Below are positions 43,168 to 64,000 of a stretch of 64,000 nt of DNA, in pieces. Where the stretch lies: the NCBI GenBank assembly GCA_020137815.1, contig CM035350.1:6510001-6574000 (forward strand), given 5' to 3'. The stretch is from Hormiphora californensis. Taxonomy: Eukaryota; Animalia; Ctenophora. The notes beneath the pieces were generated by a model. The model worked only from the letters and a program-made list of their open reading frames with translations, was not told where the DNA came from and made no database searches. The translations under genes were made by a program, and so were the position numbers. Position 1 is the first letter of the stretch; each line of letters opens with the position of its first letter.

Positions 43168-46100
43168 ATGGGTTGGAAGACGTACGACCAGGCAATCACA
43201 GATGCCACTGTCCGCATTGGGACGGGTAGTGTGGCCCAGGAACTGGTATCAAAGGAGGAGAAGAAGATCGCAACGTTGAGGAAGGTCCTTAATGTGATGT
43301 GTGTTCATGTGAAAATAGATGGATATAACATTGTGGTACCGGTCGTCAATCAGCTTCAATCACTCGCACATCTTGCAAGAGTAAGTACTACATACTAAAC
43401 ATCAATTTACATTTTGTTACGCACAGATGATTTAGCTTAGAATCTACTAATTATCTAAGCTTTACATCATGATACACAATTATTTAATTTTTTATTTATT
43501 TATCTTTTCTACACACTTGTGACCTGTCTGGTCTGACCAGACAGGTTACCAGTGTCAGTGACGCCAGGCAGCTTGTGTCAAATACTCAAAATGCATCCCC
43601 TTCACCTTCTGCATTCATAGCTAAAACTGACTCCCTGCCGCCTTGCCTTGTTCGACCCTCCCTCCCCGCGTCTCGGATTTAAACAAAACAACTGTCGCCA
43701 TCCATTCGACCATTCGAAGCAATTCCACTATTTTCTTCGCTGCATCTTATTCGTTCCACAGCTAGAAACTTAAAATGAACATCGGATATCCGGGCAAGCA
43801 TGTGTGTGTAATAACTAATATGCGTATGAGTATTCGGTACTCATGGACATGTCATTACAGCATATTAATGAGCCAATCGATCGTTTTATGAAGGAGTAAA
43901 TATAGAAACGCATCTATTTCGTCTAAAAACATCAAAGCACGCGATTGTATTTCTGTCCTGTCCTGTTTTGTTTTAATACCAGTTTTCTCAGCTCAATAGG
44001 GTAGGTTTTTAGACAACTAGTTGATTAATTTACCACTACGCCGTATAACAGCCTACCTATTGTTAATTGATGTAATTAATTAATGTAATTAAACGCTAAT
44101 GAAGTAGGTATTATAACATTTTAATAACTGTCTGTTGGCTCTTAGGAAGCGATAACACGGCTGGACGATAGTGGAGTTGAAACAAGCATGGAATACGATC
44201 AGTGCTATTTTAAGAAGTTCCACCGAGATGAGTTTTACATCATGAAACCATCTGATATCATAAAGGATGTCCTAAAGTAAGATTAAATCCTGGTCATCCT
44301 GAATATTGTGTGTTTCTTATGAAATGTAGATGCAAACTGCCAACTTCCCTATTATAGTGACGGTGATATGATAGAGATTGTAGCACGGAAGACGAAGAGA
44401 AAGGAACATCTCAAGGCGAGATCTGACATTGATTCTCCTGAGAGCTCATCTTCCTCTGGGAGCACTGCAGTGATACACAGCGATGACCTGACAATTAACA
44501 TTGATGGAAACAGCCTTGACATGGACTCTCTCATTCTACTAGGTTTGTTCTTGTATATATCACGGTTAGAGACATAGAGGGCTGTAGTTTAATTGTAGTC
44601 GTTACACATCTCTGATCTCGCCAGGTAAGGGAGAGGTCAAGTTGACGCTAACACTAGAGACGATTGACAAACTAAAAGCAACACGGGCAACCGTTGAAGA
44701 TATTGTGGAAAGAGGGATAGTTCGGTATGGAATCAATACTGGCTTTGGGCTTCTCTCAAAAGTCCTTATCGAGAAAGAGAAGCTGGTGGAGCTACAATAC
44801 AATGTTATTAGGTAAGTTAGGAGTTAGGACCTTCAAATGCAGTTCTTTCTTTGTGTAGCTCAAACTGCATCTGTAAGTATTCGACAATTCCTTCTAACAT
44901 TAGATTTCCCTTGCAGGTCCCACTGTGCGGGTGTAGGGGAAACATTGTCCCTGGAGGCAATACGTCGAATGTTTGCTCTGAGAATCAATGTACTGGCTAA
45001 AGCCTACTCAGGATGCAGCCCTGATATGGTGGAACACATGGTGGCCATGTTCAACTCCTCGTGCCTACCTCTAATCCCTGCCCAGGGGACCGTTGGAGCC
45101 AGCGGGGACCTCGCACCACTGGCACATCTGGCACAGGGTATTATCGGAGAGGGGGAGATGTGGAGTCCTAAAACTGGATGGGGCTCAGCGGTGGAGGTTC
45201 TAGCAGCAAACAATCTGGCACCGTATGAGCTGAAAGCAAAAGATGGCATCAGTCTTATTAATGGAACTCAATTTATTTGCGCTGTACGTATGATTATTCC
45301 TATATTCCTAATAATAGGGCTCCCAGAAACTCGTGATTTCAGTTAGAATGGCGTGTTCTAATTCTATGATTCAGTCTTGATAATACCTCCTAGTAACAGT
45401 ACTCCCTCTTTCAGGTTGGAAGTGAAGCACTGGACAGGGCAAAGAACTGTCTCCGGACATCTGTAGTGATCACATGTATTATTCTCGACATTTTGGAGGG
45501 TCACGTTGACGCACTTGACGAGAGGGTTCACAAGATCAGACCTCATTCTGGGCAGAACAGGGTTGCAGCAACGATGCGAGCACTCTGTCACAACGCTAAA
45601 TATCCCTCTGGTGAGTTATTATAGGAGATCGAAGGGTAGAGAACCTTCGAGTTAGAGAGGCGTGGTACTGATATGTTTATCTGTAGTTGTCTCATATAAG
45701 GTCTTCGGCCCGGTGCGGCTACGTGTGGCCGCGTAGTAGTGAGCGCGATGTAAAGTCAGTGCCTGACAAATCTGTAGAGCCTAGTCCAAGATTCGATGAG
45801 TATATTTATTCACTATTCAGTCTAAATTTGTTAACTTGGGTTTAAACTAATCCCCTCTACCTAGAGTTCAGTCCCCAACAATAACAAATTATTGTACCCC
45901 TGTAGAGATTTACGAAGAGTGTGAGAAACACGACGTGCAGGACCCCTACACGATAAGGTGTATGCCCCAAGTTGCTGGAATAACTTTGGACACAATCAAC
46001 TTTGTGGAGGGAATCTTCCAGACAGAGTTCAATAGTGCCACTGATAACCCCCTAGTACTGGGGGTGGACTCTAGTGAGAGCGGGGTAAAGGCTGACATCA

Positions 46101-47157
46101 TATCAGCAGGTATACTATGATACGTTGTTGAGTACTCAACAAATGATACGGGTATTTTACTTGTTACACACAATAGCTGGGTTCAAATTGTCTTTAACCA
46201 AAACAAGATAGTTCCGTAGTTTCTAACCCCCCCCCCTTATCTTCCCAATCTTCTAACCAAAACAAGATAGTTCCGTAGTTTCTAACCCCCCAATCTTCTA
46301 GGTAACTTCCACGGAGAATATCCAGCCAAAGCCCTGGATTATCTAACTATTGGGGTACACGAGTTAGGGAACATGAGTGAGAGGAGGTTGGAAAGGTTAT
46401 GTAATCCCTCCTGTAGTAATCTCCCTGCGTTCCTGGTAGAGAGCCCAGGTAACTTAAATACAGGGGCATCTGCTAGACGATTTGGCGACATGTTTTTATC
46501 ATATTTTGTTGCCAGTAAAACTACTATATTGACCACTAACCCCCCCCCCCCATTTTCAAGGTGTGAACAGCGGATTTATGATTCCCCACTGCACCTCAGC
46601 AGCCCTGGTCAGTGAGAACAAGACCTTGTGTTTCCCATCCTCGGCCGATACCCAAACAACGAGTGCGGGCAAGGAGGACCACGTGTCCATGGGAGGGTGG
46701 TCTGCCAGGAAGGCTCTCAAAGTTGTAGAGAATTTAGAGAACGTGCTGGCTATTGAGTTGCTGGCAGCGTGCCAGGCGCTGGAGTTCAAACGACCCCATC
46801 GGACCACTGAGCCCCTGGAACAGGTAAATTGTTACTCCTGTCATTTAGCTGTTTCGTTCTTCGTCTACAGCTCAGCTCTGGTACCAATCAGAAGAGCAGT
46901 GAGCGGCAAACGAAACACTTAAATCACGAGATACAAGTGTGCAGTGATAGCATGAAGTTAGTGAATCCCCCAATGAACTATAGATGTTAACTAAACTTCT
47001 ATTTCAGGTGTATGCCCTGGTGAGAAGTAAGGTGCCCTCGTTTGTCAAGGACCGAGCCTTCACTGCTGACATCCAGAATGTACAGAGGATGATTGCTGAG
47101 AATCAGGTCTGGGAGGTGGTAGCAAAATACCTGGACTCCGATCCGCTCTTCGGTTGA
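43168..47157 (+). CDS. HAL: Histidine ammonia-lyase with N-terminal Par3/HAL domain (multi-exon)
   Basis: [23 protein letters not shown]-domain, [24 protein letters not shown] (MIO-forming ASG), [48 protein letters not shown]. Confidence 0.95.
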
Positions 47158-47448
47158 GCAAAGAGTGCTAGTCATGTGTGTTATACATGGGAGACTCTTT
47201 AGATGCAATGAAACTGAGCAGAGAAGATATTTTTGTTATGTCAATGAAATTTTAATATGACGAGTGTTATACTGTTGAGCATGTTTAGCGTTTGTGTGAT
47301 GTGTTCCTGTTTAAGTTTAATGAGTTTATCTAACCAGAAACCCGTCTAGTTACACTTTTCTAATTACGGTGAACTCTTGTTGAGACTTGAGTTACTCGAA
47401 GTCAACAAGTGAACTCTCAATTTACCAGATCTCCATTTATTGGCCGGT

Positions 47449-48290
47449 ACAGGGGATGGGCAAATGTTCATTTCCGACGTCGTCTACTTCTAGAGCTAGA
47501 CGCCGTTCCAATGCCGTCTAGACGGATTTTGCTCCAGACGGCGTCTAGACGGAGTCAGACGGGTTTGAGACGTGAGCTGGAAGCCCGTTAAGACGGCACG
47601 TCTGAAACGGTCTCTACCCGTTTAGACGGATCAGACGGACGAACGCGAAGTCGGACGGAAACTAAACCCGTCTCAATCACGTCTCAACCCCTTCTCTAGC
47701 CCATCTGACTCCATCTCAAGCCCGTATTAGTCAGATAGCGTTTAGACGGTTAGCGGTAAAGTCACATACTTTTTAGCACCCAATTTAAGTTTTTGTCCAT
47801 AACCGTAAACTAAACAAGTCTAAACGGTTTTCGGCCAAGACGGGCTTGAGATGGAGTCAGATGGGCTAGAGAAGGGGTTGGGACGTGATTGAGACGGGTT
47901 TAGTTTCCGTCCGACTCCGTCTAACACTGTCTAAACCTGTCAGAGCATTGGCCTGACCCATTCTCGGAGCGCACGAGAACTGTGGTCAGAGCATTGGCCT
48001 GACAGGTCTAAACGGGCAGAGACCGTTTAATTTAAGACGTACCGTTTAAAACGTAATTCAGACATGCCGTCTCACACCCATCTGACTCCGTCTAGACGCC
48101 GTCTGGAGCAAATCCCGTCTAGATCGCGGGCTACCGTCTAGATCCCGTCTAGATGTTGGTGACATAGACACCTGGCGCAACCCCCGCAATCTCGGTCGCG
48201 CCAGGTGTCTTAGACACTGTCTATGTCACCAAGTCTAGATGGCGTTAAAACGGCGTCTAGACGACGTCTCCGCGGCAAATGAACATTTGC
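47449..48290. mobile_element. Foldback DNA element rich in gtctagac repeats, carrying two nested MITEs (copy at ~51466-52306)
   Basis: Terminal ggcaaatgttcattt / aaatgaacatttgcc; internal ~75-bp inverted arms 47650-47725 / 47839-47915. Confidence 0.75.
48156..48232. mobile_element. 77-bp TTGG...CCAA MITE with 9-bp TSD (also 52172-52248; 52-bp version 50407-50458)
   Basis: gtctagatg|ttggtgac...gtcaccaa|gtctagatg; gtaactatt|ttggtgac...gtcaccaa|gtaactatt. Confidence 0.85.
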
Positions 48291-48909
48291 CTGTGCGATG
48301 TGCCCAACCATTTTGGTCACATTGCCACAAATTCTCGCTTACTAATTGCCCAATGGGCAATGCCCATATACCGCTTGCCGACGAAATGGGGGCGGGTCTG
48401 TCAGGCCAATGCTCTGACAGGAGCGGGTCCAACTTACAAAAAGTACCCGGGTATCTTTTTATCTGTAGACAACTAAACACGGATTCTACGGCCAACATGG
48501 AATTTGAAAACATAACAATGTCAATTAGAGAGAAATACGTATATTCTTTTTATGAACTAAATATCATGGTGGGAGGGATATGTAAAAACGATATATTGTT
48601 GTGCAGATTATGAGTTAGAGTTATCAGAACCAATCACATAAACTGATGTGAAGAGATCAGGTGATATTAAACCTTTCATTATTAATATTATAAACGGTCT
48701 ACAAGCGACTGTTTTGAAAGTTTCAAAACAGTTGTCGCTTGTAGATCGTTGATAACAAAGTGTGCAGCCCGGCTATTTTGAAATCACATTCATTTAAATG
48801 TTTTACTAAAATCAAACGATCAACCGCAACGCGATGAGATCATTCACAAAATTTAGAAAAACTAGACTCAGTCACTGCCCAAAGTGTAAAACTAAAAGGG
48901 TACACCCAC

Positions 48910-49018
48910 CAGGAGCCGACCGGATTAAGTAAACAACCAATCAGAACTCGTTATTTAGGTCACGTGATTGGTTATCAGCCAATCAGGGACCAGTATTTCC
49001 TGATTCGGTCGGTTCCTG
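48910..49018. mobile_element. 109-bp hAT-like MITE (also 49830-49938, 52920-53028, 53288-53396; fragments ~61297, ~62750)
   Basis: TIRs caggaaccgaccg / cggtcggttcctg; 8-bp TSDs gcacccac and atattatc. Confidence 0.88.
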
Positions 49019-49111
49019 GCACCCACCCAGCTAGTCGAGGTATGCTGCAGTACTGGTAATACCAGCATGGCGTATCATGGCCAATTATTTATACTCAAAC
49101 ATGAAAATAAA

Positions 49112-49654
49112 TTGGCCACATTGATGCCTGAGTGAGATCGAGGTCGCGCAGCGACCAAGATCGATCTCACATCTAGGCCTCCGGCCCGTTATTGATTTTA
49201 GAGCAAACTTTTTCAAAGACCTGGCTGCAAGGAACTACTGAACCGATTTGCATCTCGTTTGTTGCTCCTGGCAGATAATTGTCTCTAGTTTTACGGAAAA
49301 TACCCGCGAGTATCAGCATTTGAGGAATAGTGGGTCAAAATTGACGCTAAACATGAGCAATTCTTTAAAGACCTGGCTGCAAGCTCCTACTCGGTCCTGG
49401 GACAATCTGCGGGTACTGGGGGAATCGTCATGGCCTTGTGAATATGGGAAAATACCCGCCGATTCATCACGATGCGAAATGAGGCCATAATTGACCTTTG
49501 AGTAGTGCTAGGTCAGCTAAAAAGGTCTCCAAAAACGGTCGATCACGCGCGATCTGCTGAAAACGTGCTTTATATCGCGCGCACGTGAGTTCTTGCTCTC
49601 AACGGGCCGGGATCCTATTATTCGCGGAGCGAGAATAGGATGCGATGGATCCAA
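49112..49654. mobile_element. 543-bp insertion with TTGG...CCAA ends and 9-bp TSD (Mutator-like)
   Basis: gaaaataaa duplicated on both sides; empty site with a single gaaaataaa in the duplicate copy at ~53113; internal ccggcccgtt / aacgggccgg inverted repeat. Confidence 0.85.
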
Positions 49655-50370
49655 GAAAATAAACTACAAATATTAAATTATATTTATATCAACGTTATAT
49701 TTTGGTTATTTATAACCATTTTAGTATATTCATTATTATTTAAATCTATTGAACAAAGGACAATTCTTTTTGATCAAGTGGAAAGTGTGGGTTGTTCTGT
49801 GTCCAATAGTTTCTATACTGTATATTATCCAGGAACCGACCGAAACAAGTAAACAACCAATCAGAACTCGTTATTTAGGTCACGTGACTGGTTATCAGCC
49901 AATCAGGGACCAGTATTTCCTGATTCGGTCAGTTCCTGATATTATCATTATTACGGCTACAATAAGTTAATTATTGGATAATTATATGTGCACGGGACAA
50001 TTACGTAATAGTTACGTAATAGTTAAAACATTAGTACAATTAACTAATATGGTGTTGAATTAACTAAAGCATATACCCCTGATAGAATAATTTAGCACAG
50101 CAGTTAACAAAATATTTGGAGAATTATATGTTGGATTAATTTATATCCAATATATGTAACTCCAAATAAAGATATTCAAAGTTGTTAAATTGTTGTTAAA
50201 TTATCCCACCGGACTTTTAAAGATCACAAGTTCAGCCACATTTAACATAAAAATATAGTACACATGTATAGTTAACACAAAAAAGTAAGAAGAGTATATT
50301 TGTACTAGTTATTGGGCCAGCCAGATGACTTAATTTTAACCATAAAATTGCAACAATTGTCAAAAAATTG

Positions 50371-53300
50371 TCCCTGCCTTCCTGGTAGAGAGTCCAGGTA
50401 ACTATTTTGGTGACACCTGGCGCTTAATCTCGGTCGCGCCAGGTGTCTATGTCACCAAGTAACTATTATACAGGGGCAGCTGCTAGACGATTTGGCGACA
50501 TGTTTTTAATTTTTATCATATTTTGTTGCCAGTAAAACTACTATATTATCAACCACTAACCCTCCCCCCATTTTCAAGGTGTGAACAGCGGATTTATGAT
50601 TCCCCACTGCACCTCAGCAGCCCTGGTCAGTGAGAACAAGACCTTGTGTTTCCCATCCTCGGCCGATACCCAAACAACGAGTGCGGGCAAGGAGGACCAC
50701 GTGTCCATGGGAGGGTGGTCTGCCAGGAAGGCTCTCAAAGTTGTAGAGAATTTAGAGAACGTGCTGGCTATTGAGTTGCTGGCAGCGTGCCAGGCGCTGG
50801 AGTTCAAACGACCCCATCGGACCACTGAGCCCCTGGAACAGGTAAATTGTTACTCCTGTCATTTAGCTGTTTCTTCTTCGTCTACAGCTCAGCTCTGGTA
50901 CCAATCAGAAGAGCAGTGAGCGGCAAACGAAACACTTAAATCACGAGATACAAGTGTGCAGTGATAGCATGAAGTTAGTGAATCCCCCAATGAACTATAG
51001 ATGTTAACTAAACTTCTATTTCAGGTGTATGCCCTGGTGAGAAGTAAGGTGCCCTCGTTTGTCAAGGACCGAGCCTTCACTGCTGACATCCAGAATGTAC
51101 AGAGGATGATTGCTGAGAATCAGGTCTGGGAGGTGGTAGCAAAATACCTGGACTCCGATCCGCTCTTCGGTTGAGCAAAGAGTGCTAGTCATGTGTGTTA
51201 TACATGGGAGACTCTTTAGATGCAATGAAACTGAGCAGAGAAGATATTTTTGTTATGTCAATGAAATTTTAATATGACGAGTGTTATACTGTTGAGCATG
51301 TTTAGCGTTTGTGTGATGTGTTCCTGTTTAAGTTTAATGAGTTTATCTAACCAGAAACCCGTCTAGTTACACTTTTCTAATTACGGTGAACTCTTGTTGA
51401 GACTTGAGTTACTCGAAGTCAACAAGTGAACTCTCAATTTACCAGATCTCCATTTATTGGCCGGTACAGGGGATGGGCAAATGTTCATTTCCGACGTCGT
51501 CTACTTCTAGAGCTAGACGCCGTTCCAATGCCGTCTAGACGGATTTTGCTCCAGACGGCGTCTAGACGGAGTCAGACGGGTTTGAGACGTGAGCTGGAAG
51601 CCCGTTAAGACGGCACGTCTGAAACGGTCTCTACCCGTTTAGACGGATCAGACGGACGAACGCGAAGTCGGACGGAAACTAAACCCGTCTCAATCACGTC
51701 TCAACCCCTTCTCTAGCCCATCTGACTCCATCTCAAGCCCGTATTAGTCAGATAGCGTTTAGACGGTTAGCGGTAAAGTCACATACTTTTTAGCACCCAA
51801 TTTAAGTTTTTGTCCATAACCGTAAACTAAACAAGTCTAAACGGTTTTCGGCCAAGACGGGCTTGAGATGGAGTCAGATGGGCTAGAGAAGGGGTTGGGA
51901 CGTGATTGAGACGGGTTTAGTTTCCGTCCGACTCCGTCTAACACTGTCTAAACCTGTCAGAGCATTGGCCTGACCCATTCTCGGAGCGCACGAGAACTGT
52001 GGTCAGAGCATTGGCCTGACAGGTCTAAACGGGCAGAGACCGTTTAATTTAAGACGTACCGTTTAAACGTAATTCAGACATGCCGTCTCACACCCATCTG
52101 ACTCCGTCTAGACGCCGTCTGGAGCAAATCCCGTCTAGATCGCGGGCTACCGTCTAGATCCCGTCTAGATGTTGGTGACATAGACACCTGGCGCAACCCC
52201 CGCAATCTCGGTCGCGCCAGGTGTCTTAGACACTGTCTATGTCACCAAGTCTAGATGGCGTTAAAACGGCGTCTAGACGACGTCTCCGCGGCAAATGAAC
52301 ATTTGCCTGTGCGATGTGCCCAACCATTTTGGTCACATTGCCACAAATTCTCGCTTACTAATTGCCCAATGGGCAATGCCCATATACCGCTTGCCGACGA
52401 AATGGGGGCGGGTCTGTCAGGCCAATGCTCTGACAGGAGCGGGTCCAACTTACAAAAAGTACCCGGGTATCTTTTTATCTGTAGACAACTAAACACGGAT
52501 TCTACGGCCAACATGGAATTTGAAAACATAACAATGTCAATTAGAGAGAAATACGTATATTCTTTTTATGAACTAAATATCATGGTGGGAGGGATATGTA
52601 AAAACGATATATTGTTGTGCAGATTATGAGTTAGAGTTATCAGAACCAATCACATAAACTGATGTGAAGAGATCAGGTGATATTAAACCTTTCATTATTA
52701 TAAACGATCTACAAGCGACTGTTTTGAAAGTTTCAAAACTGTTGTGGCTTGTAGATCGTTGATAACAAAGTGTGCAGCCCGGCTATTTTGAAATCACATT
52801 TATTTATGTTTTACTAAAATCAAACGATCAACCGCAACGCGATGATATCATTCACAAAATTTAGAAAAACTAGACTCAGTCACACTGCCCAAAGTGTAAA
52901 ACTAAAAGGGTGCACCCACCAGGAACCGACCGGATTAAGTAAACAACCAATCAGAACTCGTTATTTAGGTCACGTGACTGGTTATCAGCCAATCAGGGAC
53001 CAGTATTTCCTGATTCGGTCGGTTCCTGGCACCCACCCAGCTAGTCGAGGTATGCTGCAGTACTGGTAATACCAGCATGGCGTATCATGGCCAATTATTT
53101 ATACTCAAACATGAAAATAAACTACAAATATTAAATTATATTTATATCAACGTTATATTTTGGTTATTTATAACCATTTTAGTATATTCATTATTATTTA
53201 AATCTATTGAACAAAGGACAATTCTTTTTGATCAAGTGGAAAGTGTGGGTTGTTCTGTGTCCAATAGTTTCTAAACGGTATATTATCCAGGAACCGACCG

Positions 53301-53832
53301 AAACAAGTAAACAACCAATCAGAACTCGTTATTTAGGTCACGTGACTGGTTATCAGCCAATCAGGGACCAGTATTTCCTGATTCGTTCGGTTCCTGATAT
53401 TATCATTATTACGACTACAATAAGTTAATTATTGGATAATTATGTGCATGGGACAATTACGTAGTACATAGTTACGTAATAGTTAAAACATTAGTACAAT
53501 TAACTAATATGGTGTTGAATTAACTAAAGCATATACCCCTGATAGAATAATTTAGCACAGCAGTTAACAAAATATTTGGAGAATTATATGTTGGATTAAT
53601 TTATATCCAATATATGTAACTCCAAATAAAGATATTCAAAGTTGTTAAATTGTTGTTAAATTATCCCACCGGACTTTTAAAGATCACAAGTTCAGCCACA
53701 TTTAACATAAAAATATTATAGTACACATGTATAGTTAACACAAAAAAGTAAGAAGAGTATATTTGTACTAGTTATATTGGGCCAGCCAGATGACTTAATT
53801 TTAACCATAAAATTGCAACAATTGTCAAAAAT
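50371..53832 (+). pseudogene. HAL: Tandem duplicate of ~46422-50366 containing the last HAL exons (partial copy, 50371-51174) and downstream repeats
   Basis: Near-identical exons VNSGFMI...PLEQ and VYALV...PLFG*. Starts mid-exon (PAFLVESPG). Differs from copy 1 by two TE insertions and SNPs/indels. Confidence 0.85.
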
Positions 53833-54089
53833 AGCTCAACACATTTTAAAAGTTAAAATTTTCTGACAGTCAAAGATCATATATTTTGAAAAAAAAGAGG
53901 GAAACAACACATTCATGAGACAAACAAACAAACAAACAGTGTATCAGCTGCTCCAGATGTTAAAAAGAGACAACATGACACAGTCCGGCCCTCCTGCTGA
54001 TGGTAGGAAGAGGGAGTTATTCCCCACTACACACGGCGCTGTAAGAGGAATCTATCCTCCACTATAACAGACGGCGCTGTAAGAGGGAT

Positions 54090-62265
<8,176 letters not shown>

Positions 62266-64000
62266 GGTATCCCCGCCATGGCTACTACCTGTTAACATTT
62301 GGAGTGTTTAACGTGGGTTGTAATGTGCGTTAACGTGTTGGGGCGAACGTGTGGGGATGGAATTTACTTCAAATTTTGCCCAATTTTCTTCATTGTGAGA
62401 GAAGCGTGACAGAGAATAAAGGGTGCTAAATGACTTGGCCGACAAAAATTGTACAATGAAATTCTGAGAAGTCTGAGAAAATTAAATTTCTCTAAGAAAC
62501 CTCCCATATATACCAAGAACATGATAATGAACAGTGGAAGAGTCGGCAGAGAAACCATCGAGAAGAGATCGATATAATAGTGAGAGACAATGATCATTGC
62601 AGATCATGTATATCCAGCTGCATGATTGCAAGTTTTCATTAGCAATTGCAACTGCGTGTACACCACACCAGATAATGGCACCTAGATACAACACCCCCAT
62701 CTGATCCTTGGAAGCAACCCCCCCCCCTTGGAGGAAGTAGGTGGACCTATCAGGGACCAGTATTTCCTAATTCGGTCGGTTCCAGGTGGACCTTATACAA
62801 AGAGTTATGAAAGGTACGATAAAAGGTCATTACGACTGATGAATGGGGTTTGTTTGTGAATTGTGCCGCTCAAAACTGATCAAACTCAAAGTCAGTGTCG
62901 AACTAAAAGGATGATCTGGCACTGCTGTCTCGCCTCCTGTGTGACTGATTACAGTCCCAAACCAGAGCAACCCAAACCAGAGCAATCAACAAACCAAACT
63001 TGACTCTCGGGAATATATGGACTAGACGAAAAGTAATAAATTACCCACACACCCGCATACTCTCTCTCTCTCAACTCACTTATCTCAAAAGTCAACGTCT
63101 CCCACTCTGACTGGGCTCAAGTGAGCGCTCACACGTCTTTTTGTGCCCCTAAGCGCAACAAGTGCAGTGTTGATTTCGATAAGCTGCATTGCGTCTTTTC
63201 ACGGATTATTATTATTATTATTAAATCTGTTTACAATAACTTGACACTGTCAATATATATATATATATATATATATAGTACATAACGTTCTGCACGCAGT
63301 GCAAGCGCGCCATATACGCTCTGCACTGCAGAGCGTATATGGAGGTGAAATGCACGACAGCGGAGCTAGGCTGGAGTGCATTTCACACCTATATTGCACG
63401 AGTGAAACGAGTGCGATATAGGGGCGCTTGCACATGCCGTGCAGGACGTTATTGAGTATATATTCCGCGAGAAAACACATGACAAGCAAAACAATCATAA
63501 TTTTGGGTGATTACACACAGAGAGATGTGACAAAACAAGGTACAAACTAAGCAAAACTACACAAAAATACACTTTACACCGGTTACACACAAGGGAGAGA
63601 AGGTCTGATAGTTTGAAACAGTGAAAAGAAGAGAGAGATAAAGAGAAAGATGCGAGAGAGGGAGATTGGAATTCTTGGAAATAGCAAACAACAAAACGTG
63701 TAAGGGGATAATTAGTGAGAGAAAGAGGGAGAGTGAGTGTAAAATGGCAGACTGTGTGTCGTGTAGTACCTTGTCAGTCATATTTTGTGTGTTTGTGTGT
63801 GAATAAGGTGTAAAAACACATTTCTCACTTATATCCCGCTACCTGTATATCTGCACGCTCCCGCGGAAGCACAGTGCATATTTCAGCGTGCAAATGGTCG
63901 CGCACAGCGGGAGTGATATGTGCACTCGCGGTATATATATATATATATTTTTTTTTTTTTCACGGATGAATGACATGGTCTCAGCGTAACACTCCTTTGC

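Noticed and set aside
47409-48613. ORFs repeated at 47409/51426 and 48239/52255 as duplicated genes
   Set aside because: They run through nested MITEs and recur only because of the 4-kb duplication.

Overview
Gene-dense eukaryotic (non-bilaterian animal-like) genomic window. A ctenophore such as Pleurobrachia is my best guess, based on recollection of the caggaaccgacc...gttcctg MITE; this was not checked by any search. From left to right it holds an intact CRE-clade non-LTR retrotransposon (PHD + RT + restriction-like endonuclease), a nested relic, an orphan acidic/basic ORF and two tandem C2H2 zinc-finger paralogs. Next comes a very compact same-strand cluster COG1 - DDX11 - FGGY - [U3 snoRNA] - SCFD2 - RPP40-like - FARS2, with 55-460 bp spacers and splice-acceptor-like AGs just before the start codons; this looks like an SL-trans-spliced operon with an embedded TATA-preceded U3 gene. 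Then follow a repeat block and assembly gap, DNAI1, histidine ammonia-lyase with a ~4 kb tandem duplication of its 3' end, and an IA-2/PTPRN-like receptor pseudophosphatase on the minus strand. Introns carry two antisense nested ORFs, an ORF1-only retroelement sitting in (CT)n, several families of very small TSD-flanked MITEs (down to 23 bp), and minisatellites that repeatedly end at splice sites. Scattered 1-2 nt frameshifts in conserved genes suggest assembly indel errors. Exon boundaries were read by eye and are approximate.
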